Source of the DNA: Vulcanimicrobiota bacterium
GTDB lineage: Bacteria > Vulcanimicrobiota > Vulcanimicrobiia > Vulcanimicrobiales > Vulcanimicrobiaceae
Direction: 5' to 3'
Length of the DNA stretch: 64,000 nt
Assembly (NCBI GenBank): GCA_963777315.1
Contig: CAVZQC010000001.1
Span: 128,001 to 192,000, forward strand
Positions 9,976-19,243 of this stretch are shown here, one piece after another; positions within the stretch are counted from its first letter, which is position 1; every line of letters begins with the position of its first letter. Below the pieces are notes generated by a model, which was not told where the DNA came from, made no database searches, and saw nothing but the letters and a program-made list of their open reading frames with translations. Both the position numbers and the translations under genes were made by a program.

Positions 9976-10700
9976 TTTCCAATCTAAAACTCTCCACGAG
10001 AGCCGGGCAACTTCAAAATTGTTTTGGGATAGAACGTGATCACATCAGCGCCAATATCGTAAGACGCGAGACCGATGTCCGTCGTGGCGCCGAACAGCTC
10101 TTGCGCCTCTTCATTTGTAACAAATTTCTCTGGAACGGATGGAGGCCAGTGCGGGTTAGGCTTTGCTGGCTGCGGCTGGTGGTCGATAAATTCTACGACC
10201 TTTGACCGGTAAAACTTCACCGTTATATTTGGCGGTGTGCACGCATTTCCCAGGACCCATGCCAACAGCGCACAAAACTCCGCCTTAAATTCAAGCGGCC
10301 TGTACCCAGTCGTTCTGATGAAAAGCTCTCCGCCTCCCACTGTTTGTGAGAGAACACGGCCGCCCGCTACGTCCTGTGCGCCAAAAGGTTGCGGTGCGCT
10401 CCAATGGTCTCCCGGCGTTTCATGAGGGGAGCAAAGATCGAAATACCAGAGTCGGCCCTGCTCATGAAGTGCAAAGAGCCGCGGCTTGACGTGTCCGCCG
10501 TGGTATTTAACCGAGCATACAGGCTGGTCAGCTCGATCAGACATCGCTAGCCATGCGGCTCAGCTGCATCGGTATGAACCGCGCCACCATGCCGCTACTT
10601 ATAGCCAGCGTAGCTCAACTCCCTCGATCAGAATGCCCTCGAGCTCAACGCTATGCTGTGACGCGCCTGACGACCGACGTTTGGCGTTTTTGTCCAACGG

Positions 10701-10738
10701 AAACAAAATAGTTGAACGAATGAGCATCCATTCAACTA
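10701..10738 (-). terminator. Intrinsic terminator downstream of tmRNA
   Basis: Minus strand TAGTTGAATGGATG-CT-CATTCGTTCAACTA then TTTTGTTT. Confidence 0.7.
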
Positions 10739-10749
10739 AAGCAGAGAGA

Positions 10750-11103
10750 TGGTGGAGCTGTCGGGGTACTGCCCCCCGAGTCCGAAAAGCCGGACCAACG
10801 CGTTCTCCAGGCTCAGCTTCGAATTTATCTTACTCGCGCGTACGCCCCGAAGCCGGGCTTATCGCGCGCAGCAGGCTCTAAAGTCTCGCGCGCACGTCGA
10901 GCCAATCGTGCGAGCCAGCCCGAGTTTGTGACCGGAAAGCAAGGCGGTTCGGGCACCCCTTGCGTCCGGTGACTAGCCTAGATTAGGCAGCCAGTGCGTA
11001 TTCAGTGTTCGCGTGTATAACGCTTGCGATCGTTTTAGGAGTGCTCGCAACTCCGCCTGCTTACGTTGACCGCGGATCCTTCCGTCGAACCTATTTCAGC
11101 CCC
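10750..11103 (-). ncRNA. ssrA: tmRNA (one-piece, 354 nt); tag ANTEYALAA at 11012-10983
   Basis: 5' GGGGCTGAAATAGGTTCGAC; 3' CAGCTCCACCA with G3-U wobble; tag ending ALAA-stop; extended -10 TGTTATACT at 11128-11120. Confidence 0.96.
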
Positions 11104-11208
11104 GCGAGTCGTGCCGCTTAGTATAACACGCGGCCGAAAGTCCCAGATGCGCCGCGGCGCGTGATGGGTATACCTGTATCCCGCTCCGTGCGGGACCTGG
11201 AGGCAATC

Positions 11209-11697
11209 ATGCGTACGGTCATCGCAGTCGTGCTGGCGCTCGGCCTGGGCGCACCTCTTGCGGCACAAGCCGCCACCACCGGAACCGGCGCCGACCTGGG
11301 GCAGCTGGTCGCGGCCTTCGATCGCGTCCAGAGCGTACGCGTCGTCGAAACCTTCGAGAACGGCACCGCCGCAACGGTGGACGTCCTCCCCTCGGGACAG
11401 TTCCGCATTGCCGCCACCGGCGGACAGGACGCGACGCTGGTGATGAAGCTCGCAACTCAGCCCGTGGACGGTGCCGTTTCCACTGGCGCCTACACCGTTA
11501 CGCCGGCCGGCAAAAAAACGGTTGACGGCATGCAACTCCTGGGCTACAACATCGTCGCGCCCGACGGCACCTACAATGAAACGGTCTGGGTCAACGACAA
11601 GCACCTGCCGGTTTCGGCGCACGTCCAAACCCAGGGCCATACCGTCGACGTTAGCTTCGGCGACTACAACGATTCAGCGCTCATAGCCAGGCCCTAG
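11209..11697 (+). CDS. Secreted hypothetical protein
   Basis: GGAGG RBS; signal peptide MRTVIAVVLALGLGAPLAAQA; beta-rich body. Confidence 0.75.
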   Translation: MRTVIAVVLALGLGAPLAAQAATTGTGADLGQLVAAFDRVQSVRVVETFENGTAATVDVLPSGQFRIAATGGQDATLVMKLATQPVDGAVSTGAYTVTPAGKKTVDGMQLLGYNIVAPDGTYNETVWVNDKHLPVSAHVQTQGHTVDVSFGDYNDSALIARP

Positions 11698-11728
11698 ACC
11701 GCGCCACGCCGTGCCCGCTGCCCTAGAT

Positions 11729-12112
11729 TTACCGGGTGGCGGGCTGCTGCTCCGAGCGGGGCGACCACATTTGCTGAAGGGCCGTTGCAATGACCATCAT
11801 GATTGCAGCGCCGACCAAATTGGCCAGCCACGCCGGCCAGCCCACGCCCGTATTCTCGAAGTGCGGCGCGATCCAAACGGTGAGCCAGAACAGAATGTAG
11901 TCGACGATGAGCGTGAACAACCCATGCGTTATCCAATTGAGCGGCGCGGTTAGCAGCCGCAGCACGGGTCCGATGAACGCGTTGACGATTCCGAAAACGA
12001 TGGCGGCGATAATCGCAGTACCGGCCCCGACGTTGTGATTGAAGCCCGGAACGAAATGCGCGATCAGATAGAGGACGATGGCGTTGATAATGAAGCGGAT
12101 GATGAGGTGCAT
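11729..12112 (-). CDS. YvlD-like 4-TM membrane protein (phage holin family 4_2)
   Basis: IIRFIINAIVL, FGIVNAFIGPVLRLLTAPLNWITHGLF. Confidence 0.85.
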   Translation of the reverse strand: MHLIIRFIINAIVLYLIAHFVPGFNHNVGAGTAIIAAIVFGIVNAFIGPVLRLLTAPLNWITHGLFTLIVDYILFWLTVWIAPHFENTGVGWPAWLANLVGAAIMMVIATALQQMWSPRSEQQPATR

Positions 12113-12113
12113 G

Positions 12114-14117
12114 TCACTCCCCTAAAGCAGCCTTGACGTGCGCAGCCAAGGCGGGTGTCATCCCTTTAACCGCCGCTATCTCGTCCACGCCCGCGCGCTT
12201 GATGGCGGCCAGCGAACCAAAAGCGGTCAACAAGCGCTTCTTGCGCACCGGACCAACCCCTGCCAACGCGTCGAGTCCCGAGCGCGTCATCGCCTTCGCG
12301 CGTCGCTGGCGGTGATACGCAATCGCAAACCGGTGCGCCTCGTCCCGCACGCGCATGACCAGATGCAATCCGGGCGAATTGGGCGGCAGCACGATGGGCT
12401 CGGACTGCCCGGGCAAGTACAGCCATTCGTGTTCCTTGGCCAGCCCCGCAACCGGAATGCCGGTCATATCGAGTTCCTCGAGCACCTCGACGACGGCCCC
12501 GAGTTGGCCTTTGCCGCCGTCGATGAGCAGCAAGTCGGGCTTTTTGTTGAATTTTTCTTTTTTTGCTAGTTCCGTTTCCAATCGTCCATCGGCGTCGGGG
12601 CGCGCAGCACCCACGTCTTCATCCGTGCGAGCGCGCAGATACCGTAGCCGCCGGCGCAGCGTCTCCTGCATCATCGCAAAATCGTTCGGGCCTTTGTCGT
12701 ATTGGATCTTGAACTTGCGATAGTCGCTTTTTTTCGCGCGACCCTCGACGAACACCACCATGGAGCTGACCGGGTTGGTGCCTTGGATGTTGGATATGTC
12801 GTAACACTCGATGCGATGAGGCGGTTCGGGCAACTCCAGCGCGTTCGCAAGCTCGGTCAGCGAGCGCGCTTGTGCCGTTTCCTGCACTTCTTGGTGCGCT
12901 AAAAAAGCTTTGAGGTTCTGCTCTGCATTCTTCTGCACGAGGCGCATATACTGCGATCGATCGCCCCGCCGCGGCACCAGCAGGCGCACGCGCACGCCTT
13001 TGATTTCGGTCAGCCAGCTTTCGATCACGCTCGCATCCCCGGGCAACGCTTGCACGAGCACTTCTTTGGGAACGGCGCCTGCGCTGCCGCGAGAACGCCG
13101 GGCCTTGACCGCAACGGGGGCTTGATTATCGCGCGCGACGCGCGCACCCGCAGCAGCGCCGCGCGCCGGTTCGGCAGCGCCCGCAGTGCGCGCGGTATAG
13201 AATTGCTTGAGGAATTCGCTGAACAGCACGCCGTCGCTCTGCTCGTGCACGCCGTCCAAAATGAAATGCTCCTGGCCGATCAGCTTGCCGCCGCGCACCA
13301 TGAACACTTGCATGCAAGCTTGCCCCTGCGAACGAGCGGCTGCGATGAGGTCCATGTCCAAGCGCGAACGCCATACGACCTTTTGGTCCTCGGTAACCCG
13401 GCGCACGGCTACGATGCGATCGCGAATGCGCGCCGCCGTTTCGAAATTATACCCCTGGGCTGCGTGGATCATCTCGCCCTGCAGGCGCGTCAGCAGCGAT
13501 TCCTGCTTGCCCTCAAGGAACAGCACGACTTCTTCGATCATCCGATCGTAATCGTGCTCGCTCTGATACCCGACACACGGGGCTAAACAGCGTTTGATGT
13601 GGTATTGCAAACACGGCCGGCGCCGCCGGCCGTCGATCGGTTCGGGACACGTGCGCAGCGGGAAGACCAAGCGAACCAAATCGATCAGCTCGCGCAGCCC
13701 ATGCGCGTTGGTGTACGGCCCGAAGTATCGCGCCCCGTCATCCTTCACTACCCGCGTAAACACCACGCGCGCAAACGGCTCGCTGGTGACTTTGAGATAC
13801 GGATACCGTTTGTCGTCGCGCAGGCGCACGTTGTACGGCGGCTGGTGGCGTTTGATGAGGTTGGCCTCGAGGATCAGCGCTTCGACCTCGTTAGTCACGA
13901 CGATCGTCCGCACGTCCGCAACGCGTTCCACCATAGCCTGGGTGCGCACGTGGTGGGCGGCGCTGTCTTGAAAATACGAACGCACGCGGTTGCGCAGCGA
14001 GACCGCCTTGCCGATGTACAAAATCTCCGCGTGCTTGTCGACCATCATGTAGACCCCCGGCGCATCGGGAATCTGGCTGAGCGTCTGTGCGAGCGCGATG
14101 CTTGCCGGCGTTGCCAT
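12114..14117 (-). CDS. uvrC: Excinuclease ABC subunit C
   Basis: PGVYMM...LYIGKAVSLRNRVRSYF GIY-YIG, RIECYDIS, LLIDGGKGQL, RDEAHRFA, C-terminal HhH. Confidence 0.97.
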   Translation of the reverse strand: MATPASIALAQTLSQIPDAPGVYMMVDKHAEILYIGKAVSLRNRVRSYFQDSAAHHVRTQAMVERVADVRTIVVTNEVEALILEANLIKRHQPPYNVRLRDDKRYPYLKVTSEPFARVVFTRVVKDDGARYFGPYTNAHGLRELIDLVRLVFPLRTCPEPIDGRRRRPCLQYHIKRCLAPCVGYQSEHDYDRMIEEVVLFLEGKQESLLTRLQGEMIHAAQGYNFETAARIRDRIVAVRRVTEDQKVVWRSRLDMDLIAAARSQGQACMQVFMVRGGKLIGQEHFILDGVHEQSDGVLFSEFLKQFYTARTAGAAEPARGAAAGARVARDNQAPVAVKARRSRGSAGAVPKEVLVQALPGDASVIESWLTEIKGVRVRLLVPRRGDRSQYMRLVQKNAEQNLKAFLAHQEVQETAQARSLTELANALELPEPPHRIECYDISNIQGTNPVSSMVVFVEGRAKKSDYRKFKIQYDKGPNDFAMMQETLRRRLRYLRARTDEDVGAARPDADGRLETELAKKEKFNKKPDLLLIDGGKGQLGAVVEVLEELDMTGIPVAGLAKEHEWLYLPGQSEPIVLPPNSPGLHLVMRVRDEAHRFAIAYHRQRRAKAMTRSGLDALAGVGPVRKKRLLTAFGSLAAIKRAGVDEIAAVKGMTPALAAHVKAALGE

Positions 14118-14127
14118 AAGGCAGCTG

Positions 14128-14742
14128 CTACGCCGCCTCGCGCTTTGTCCGGCGGCTTTGGAGAAACAGAAATACGATCAGAGCCACGATTCCTAAAACC
14201 AAGATCAGCAGTGCATATTTGCGCACTGCGTCCACGACGACGTCGGCATGCGTCCCCAGCGCGTTGCCCAGCAGGACTAGACCGCCGCAAAAGATCGCCG
14301 ATCCGCAGAACGTCCACAAATAAAAGGGGCCGAGCGGCATCTCTGCGATCCCCGCGGGAATCCCGACGATTCCGCGCACGACCGGAATGAAGCGGCAGAT
14401 GAATATCGCGAACTTGCCGTACCGTTGAAAGAAACGCTCGACGCGCTCCATCTGGCGATGGTGGAAGTGGATATATCTGCCGTACTTATCGATAAACGGG
14501 CGTCCTCCGAATCGCCCGACGGCGTAAGCGATGCTTTGGCCGACCAGCTCGGCGGCGACCGCGAGAACGATCGCGAGCCAAACGCTCGAAAGATGTCCGG
14601 TAGCAGCCAGCGCTCCCGCTGCCGGCAGCACGATTTCACTGCCGACGGGAGCGCCGATGTTTGCCAGCGTCATGGCGACGAACAGACCGGCGTAGCCGGC
14701 GTGGTCGACCAAGTTCAAAAAAAACGCAGTTAGGGCGTGCAT
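14128..14742 (-). CDS. DedA family membrane protein
   Basis: PVGSEIVLPAAG, YAVGRFGGR, FFQRYG, ICRFIPVVR, PAGIAEM. Confidence 0.92.
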   Translation of the reverse strand: MHALTAFFLNLVDHAGYAGLFVAMTLANIGAPVGSEIVLPAAGALAATGHLSSVWLAIVLAVAAELVGQSIAYAVGRFGGRPFIDKYGRYIHFHHRQMERVERFFQRYGKFAIFICRFIPVVRGIVGIPAGIAEMPLGPFYLWTFCGSAIFCGGLVLLGNALGTHADVVVDAVRKYALLILVLGIVALIVFLFLQSRRTKREAA

Positions 14743-15116
14743 GTGGCGTTGCGCACGATTTGGGCAGCCAAACTGCCGCCTTCAGCGAGTATCGCTTCGA
14801 GGAGATCGAGCGGTTCGACGGCGCGATTTCCGGCAGACTCGCTCGCCAAAGCAACGATTTTCCGCACTCGCGGCGTCACCAAGATTCCTTCCCACACGCG
14901 GTCTTCGCCGGTCCCCAGCGTTCTGCGCAACCGGGCATGCACGTCGCTGGCATCGATGCCGTGCGCGCGCAGCCAATCCGTGATGGAACCGTCCTGTTCC
15001 TCGAGCAGTGCAACGAGCAGGTGTTCGACGCCGACGTAGTAATGGTTGTGATTGCGGCACTCTTGTTCGGCCGCGCGCAGCACGCGCCCCGAGGCTGGGC
15101 TGAAGTTTGAAAACAA
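14730..15116 (-). CDS. Stand-alone Clp N-terminal (Clp repeat) domain protein
   Basis: FSPASGRVLRAAEQECR..HYYVGVEHLLVALL and second repeat TPRVRKIV...VEPLDLLEAIL; TTG start inferred. Confidence 0.8.
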   Translation of the reverse strand: MFSNFSPASGRVLRAAEQECRNHNHYYVGVEHLLVALLEEQDGSITDWLRAHGIDASDVHARLRRTLGTGEDRVWEGILVTPRVRKIVALASESAGNRAVEPLDLLEAILAEGGSLAAQIVRNATCTP

Positions 15117-15156
15117 TTCGCTGTGTGCCGGGTGCCTTTGAAAGACGGAGGGTACA

Positions 15157-15233
15157 TGGTCGGGGCGACTGGATTCGAACCAGCGACCTCTTCGTCCCGA
15201 ACGAAGCGCTCTACCAAGCTGAGCCACGCCCCG
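15157..15233 (-). tRNA. tRNA-Pro (anticodon CGG)
   Basis: CGGGGCGTGGCTCAGCTTGGTAGAGCGCTTCGTTCGGGACGAAGAGGTCGCTGGTTCGAATCCAGTCGCCCCGACCA; cloverleaf with encoded CCA. Confidence 0.97.
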
Positions 15234-15372
15234 AGATTTCTCCGAGCAAGCCGGCCGGCGTTTCGGAGCATGCGTCCTGTTCGGGCGGTCGCCTCACCCT
15301 CCTGCCTAAGGAACGCTGCAACATGTCCCCGCGGGAAACTTCACCGGCTATCAGAACACGGTACATTCGGTC

Positions 15373-16062
15373 ATGAGATATCTTATCGTAGGGTGCGGCC
15401 GCGTCGGGTCGACCCTTGCAAAGCTGCTCGACGCAGACAGTCACGAAGTCATCGTCGTCGACGAAAACCCCGGAGCCTTCAAACGGCTGGGCCAGAAATT
15501 CAAGGGGCACGTCGTCGTGGGCACCGGCATCGACTACGACGTACTAAAGCGCGCGGGCGCTCAAACGGCGCACGGGCTCATCGCGGTTACCAACGGCGAC
15601 AACCGCAACGTCATGGCGGCTCTCATCGCGCAACGCATGTTTCACATCAAAAAAATCGTGGCGCGCATTTACGATCCTACCCGTGGGCTGATGTATCGCG
15701 ATTTAGGCATCGAAACGGTCTGTCCGACTACGGTAGGGGCCAAGCTGATTCGGGACGTGCTCACCGAAGCGCCGTGGGATACGCTGCAGTCCTTCGATTT
15801 CGGTAAAGTGACGTCCGTCACCGCCGTCGTGCGCGCGAGCGATGCGGGAAAGCACGTTTCGGAACTCGAGCGCGCGGGCCGCATTCGCATTGCTGCGGTG
15901 CGGACCGGACAAACGGTGCGCGTCGCGGCCGACGATACGATTTTGGCAGAAGGCGATGAAATCAATGCGATCGTTGCACCCGACGCCATTTCCGAGCTCG
16001 CGCAAATGTTTCAGATGGACAAAACACCGGTCATGCCGGCCGCTACGGGCAGTTTGCGCTAG
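15373..16062 (+). CDS. TrkA-family RCK potassium-uptake regulatory protein
   Basis: IVGCGRVG, AVTNGDNRN, VARIYDP. Confidence 0.9.
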   Translation: MRYLIVGCGRVGSTLAKLLDADSHEVIVVDENPGAFKRLGQKFKGHVVVGTGIDYDVLKRAGAQTAHGLIAVTNGDNRNVMAALIAQRMFHIKKIVARIYDPTRGLMYRDLGIETVCPTTVGAKLIRDVLTEAPWDTLQSFDFGKVTSVTAVVRASDAGKHVSELERAGRIRIAAVRTGQTVRVAADDTILAEGDEINAIVAPDAISELAQMFQMDKTPVMPAATGSLR

Positions 16063-16064
16063 CC

Positions 16065-16481
16065 ATGTTCGTGCTCATCGTCGGCGGCGGAAAAGTCGGA
16101 TCGTATCTCACGCGTGCGCTGCTGCGGCAAGGCCATGAAGTCGTCATCGTCGAGAAGCAAGATCGCAAAGCCGCCATGCTCGAGCAGCTCATCGAACAGA
16201 AAGTCGCGGTGGTGGGCGACGGCTGCGACCCGCTCGTGCTCGAACAAGCCGGCCTTCGGCGCGCGGACGTGGTCGTCGCGGACACCGGCGACGACGAAGA
16301 CAACCTGGTCGTCTGCCTCATCGCTACCAAGAGCTCCAAAGCGCGTTGCGTTGCGCGTGTAAACAACCCGGCCAACAAAACGATCTTCGAATCGCTCGAT
16401 TCCGAACATCCGATAACGGTGATTTCGAGCACCGAAATCGTCCTCGACGTGATCAGCCAGTCGATTACTACCCCGGCTTAA
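16065..16481 (+). CDS. TrkA-N (RCK-N only) protein
   Basis: IVGGGKVG, GDGCDP, TGDDEDNL, VARVNNP. Confidence 0.88.
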   Translation: MFVLIVGGGKVGSYLTRALLRQGHEVVIVEKQDRKAAMLEQLIEQKVAVVGDGCDPLVLEQAGLRRADVVVADTGDDEDNLVVCLIATKSSKARCVARVNNPANKTIFESLDSEHPITVISSTEIVLDVISQSITTPA

Positions 16482-17581
16482 CCGCCTTCGAGCGGCAAAC
16501 GCCCGACGCGCCGGCTCAGCGTCAGGGATCCGATCAGAATCGTCACTACGACGACGGCGAACGTCGCATCGACGATGGCTGCGCGCTGGGGCACCTGCAC
16601 CGGAGTTGCCAGCGCGAGCGCCAGAGAGAGCGCGCCGCGAATTCCGGCCATGCGCACCACCGTCATCCAGTACGGCTGCAGATACGCACGCGCGAACCGC
16701 AGCAGTCCGTACGCCAGGATCGCGCGTGCCAGGAACACAGCGGCCAATGTGATTCCGGCGGCAGGCAGACTGTGCACCAAGCGTTCGAGGTCCAACGCCG
16801 CGCCGATCAAAAAGAACAGCACCACGTTGGCGGCCAGCGCAATGCCGTCCCAAAATTTTTCGACGCCGCCGGCCGACGCGGCACTGACCCGATGGCGTTC
16901 CAGCTCGCGCAGCGCGATGCCGAACGCAATAACGGCAAAAATGCCGGACCAGCCGAAACGCTCGGCGATTGCGTAAGCGCCGTACGCACCCGCAAACGTG
17001 GCCGCACTTTGCCAAGATGCGGTTACGGCGTCGCGTAACGCGAGCACCGCGCAATATGCCAGCGCGATCCCGATACCTGCACCGATCGCCACGCCTAGGG
17101 CCGCTTGCCCGACGGCGTGCCCGATCCCGCTCGCGCTCGCTCCGACCAAAGTTGCGGCAATAATAGCGCGATACAGCACCACCGCGACCGCATCGTTGAA
17201 CAGCGCTTCACTTTCGACGATCGTCGCCAACCGGCGCGGCACCGAAAGACGGCGAAAAACCGCGACGACCGCCACCGGATCGGTTGCGCTCAAGATCGCT
17301 CCGAGCACAAGCGCGGCCGCCCATGCCAGCGCGCCGACGTAATGTACGCAAACGGCGATGATCGCTGACGTCATCGCCACGCCGGGCACGGCCAGCAAAG
17401 CGATCGGCTTCCAGGCGCGCCGCATGACGTTCAGATCCAAGTGCCAAGCCGCCTCAAAAATCAGCGCCGGCAAAAATACGTAAAGGGTTGCCGCGCCGAA
17501 GATCCACGTTAGCCGGCCAGGCAGCGCGACTCCGGTCGCGATTCCGGCCAGCAGCAGCACGGCGATGTGGCGCAGTTTCAT
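16478..17581 (-). CDS. CPA1 Na+/H+ antiporter (NhaP-like)
   Basis: FLPALIFEAA, SATDPVAV, ESEALFND, GIRGALSLALAL. Confidence 0.93.
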   Translation of the reverse strand: MKLRHIAVLLLAGIATGVALPGRLTWIFGAATLYVFLPALIFEAAWHLDLNVMRRAWKPIALLAVPGVAMTSAIIAVCVHYVGALAWAAALVLGAILSATDPVAVVAVFRRLSVPRRLATIVESEALFNDAVAVVLYRAIIAATLVGASASGIGHAVGQAALGVAIGAGIGIALAYCAVLALRDAVTASWQSAATFAGAYGAYAIAERFGWSGIFAVIAFGIALRELERHRVSAASAGGVEKFWDGIALAANVVLFFLIGAALDLERLVHSLPAAGITLAAVFLARAILAYGLLRFARAYLQPYWMTVVRMAGIRGALSLALALATPVQVPQRAAIVDATFAVVVVTILIGSLTLSRRVGRLPLEGG

Positions 17582-17594
17582 GCGGTTCCGGGCG

Positions 17595-18803
17595 TTAGTG
17601 CGTGTGCGTAAAGTTGCCGACCTTCACGCCGGCACCGGCAATCGCGTGCAGCGCCGTTCGCATGCCCAGCGGATTGCGCGGTCTTCCGACGGCAGCGAAG
17701 TACCATTCGGGATCGATGTTGAGCGTGCGCGTCTGAATCATGTCGATGCGCGCGCTGCGCAGAAAGCCGGTCATCGCTTCGAGTTCTTCTCCATCGTCGG
17801 TGATCCCCGGATGCGTAAGCAGGTTGAGCGACACGCGCAACCCGTTGTCCGACGCAAGCCGGATCGACGTGAAGACGTCCTCTAACGAATAGCCGGCCGG
17901 ACGGTAATACGCGGCATACACCGGCGGGCGGAACGAATTCAAACTCACGCGCACGGCCTGCAGGCCGGCGTCGATGCAGCGCCGCAGCGCCGAAGGCATG
18001 CTGCCGTTGGTGTTGAGGTTGACGGTTCCGTTGGTTCGCGACGCGCGTATGAGCTCTATTGCGCGCGCGATCGTTAACGAACGCAGCAGCGGTTCTCCTT
18101 CGCATCCTTGCCCGAAGGAAACAATGCCGTCGTCGACGCGTTCGAGATGGTGAACCGCCACGCGCGCGAGTTCTTCGGGCGAGGTTTCGAACGAGATGCG
18201 TGCCTGCGGCGCAGGTAATCCCGTATCGGAGTCTTGCTCGGAAATGCAGCCGACACAGCGTGCATTGCACGCAGGCGAAACGGGCAGCGCCGCTTCACCG
18301 CGCTCCAGGAAGACGTTTTGCGCCGTAAAGCATCCGTACTCGGACGAACACCGAACGAGCTGGCGCAGCACGCGGTTGAGCCGATCGCCCGCCAGCCGCG
18401 CATCCAGGATGCTTTCGAGTTGTCCGGGCGCAAAATGCCGCGGTTCCCAGTCCGGGCTGCGATCGGTGCGCATCGCGGCCACGTGCAACTCGTCACCGAC
18501 GGCGCATACGAACGTATAACCGAAGAGCGGAAGCGCCGGCGCGTCCGCTGCTGGTTCGTACGCCGGCAGCAGCAAGCGCGTGTAGCCCGCGGGCAAAACT
18601 GCTGCCAGAGCGAAACGGCGCTTCGACGTTCCGGCGCGCGTCAACGGCCGACGCCCCGGCAGAATCATGGGAACCGTCCCCGTGGGCGCGGGCATCAATT
18701 CGTTAGTCGCGACGGTACGCACCAAGCCGCCGTCGGCCAGCGGTTCCTGCGAGGAATCGAAATAGATGCGGCCGGCTTTGTCGCAATACGCAAGCCCGAT
18801 CAT
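17595..18803 (-). CDS. Radical SAM protein, function unknown
   Basis: CNARCVGC (CxxxCxxC), SFGQGCEGEP, NTNG, RVSLNS; ATG at 18803 overlaps GNAT stop. Confidence 0.88.
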   Translation of the reverse strand: MIGLAYCDKAGRIYFDSSQEPLADGGLVRTVATNELMPAPTGTVPMILPGRRPLTRAGTSKRRFALAAVLPAGYTRLLLPAYEPAADAPALPLFGYTFVCAVGDELHVAAMRTDRSPDWEPRHFAPGQLESILDARLAGDRLNRVLRQLVRCSSEYGCFTAQNVFLERGEAALPVSPACNARCVGCISEQDSDTGLPAPQARISFETSPEELARVAVHHLERVDDGIVSFGQGCEGEPLLRSLTIARAIELIRASRTNGTVNLNTNGSMPSALRRCIDAGLQAVRVSLNSFRPPVYAAYYRPAGYSLEDVFTSIRLASDNGLRVSLNLLTHPGITDDGEELEAMTGFLRSARIDMIQTRTLNIDPEWYFAAVGRPRNPLGMRTALHAIAGAGVKVGNFTHTH

Positions 18804-19243
18804 AGGTTTTTTTGCAGCACGTACTCGGTCTTGAGAAGTTCGTATCCCAACCGGTAGTAGAACGCATGCGCTCGTTCGCGCACCACGTTGGACAACAGCC
18901 GCATTGCTCTGCAGCCGTGCCGCTGTGCCCAACGTTCGGCGGCGGCAAGCAGCATTGCGCCGATGCCGTTGCCGCGAAACTCGTCCTCCACTACCAGTCC
19001 TTCGATGTCGGCGCGCTGCATCGAAGTCAACGTGCGGGAACGTGCGACGCCTATCCAGCCCACGACTCCGGCGCGCGGCACGACTGCGACGAACACGACT
19101 CGCTCTTGCCCCAGCGTACGCAGATGCCGTTCGACGTGTTGGCGCGAAACGCCGTATCCCAGCTGCAGGCACAGTCCGACGATCCGTTCGGCGTCGCCGG
19201 CGAACGCTTCGCGTACCGAGCATCCAAGTTCAGAACTGCGCAT
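18800..19243 (-). CDS. GNAT family N-acetyltransferase
   Basis: IEGLVVEDEFRGNGIG, RAHAFYYRLGY. Confidence 0.88.
   Translation of the reverse strand: MRSSELGCSVREAFAGDAERIVGLCLQLGYGVSRQHVERHLRTLGQERVVFVAVVPRAGVVGWIGVARSRTLTSMQRADIEGLVVEDEFRGNGIGAMLLAAAERWAQRHGCRAMRLLSNVVRERAHAFYYRLGYELLKTEYVLQKNL

Larger units (their letters stand above)
8765..10015 (+). mobile_element. IS3-family insertion sequence, 1251 bp
   Basis: Perfect 23-bp terminal IRs TGAAGTTGCCCGGCTCTCGTGGA (TG...CA ends); 3-bp AAA direct repeats at 8762-8764 and 10016-10018; orfA/orfB. Confidence 0.96.
8559..10544 (-). pseudogene. Orphan gene (243 aa when rejoined) interrupted by the IS3 element
   Basis: Removing 8765-10015 and one AAA copy gives TTC TAT CCC AAA ACA ATT TCG GAT ATT CGC (FYPKTISDIR), fusing ORF 10544-10016 in frame to 8761-8559. 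Confidence 0.8.

Noticed and set aside
8290..10745. Integrase-driven genomic island at tmRNA
   Set aside because: No integrase and no duplicated tmRNA 3' end (att site) seen; only an AT-richer patch with an IS.
11729..12112. Holin-family gene near tmRNA as evidence of a prophage
   Set aside because: YvlD-like proteins are common chromosomal genes near uvr loci; no integrase, capsid, terminase or lysin in the window.
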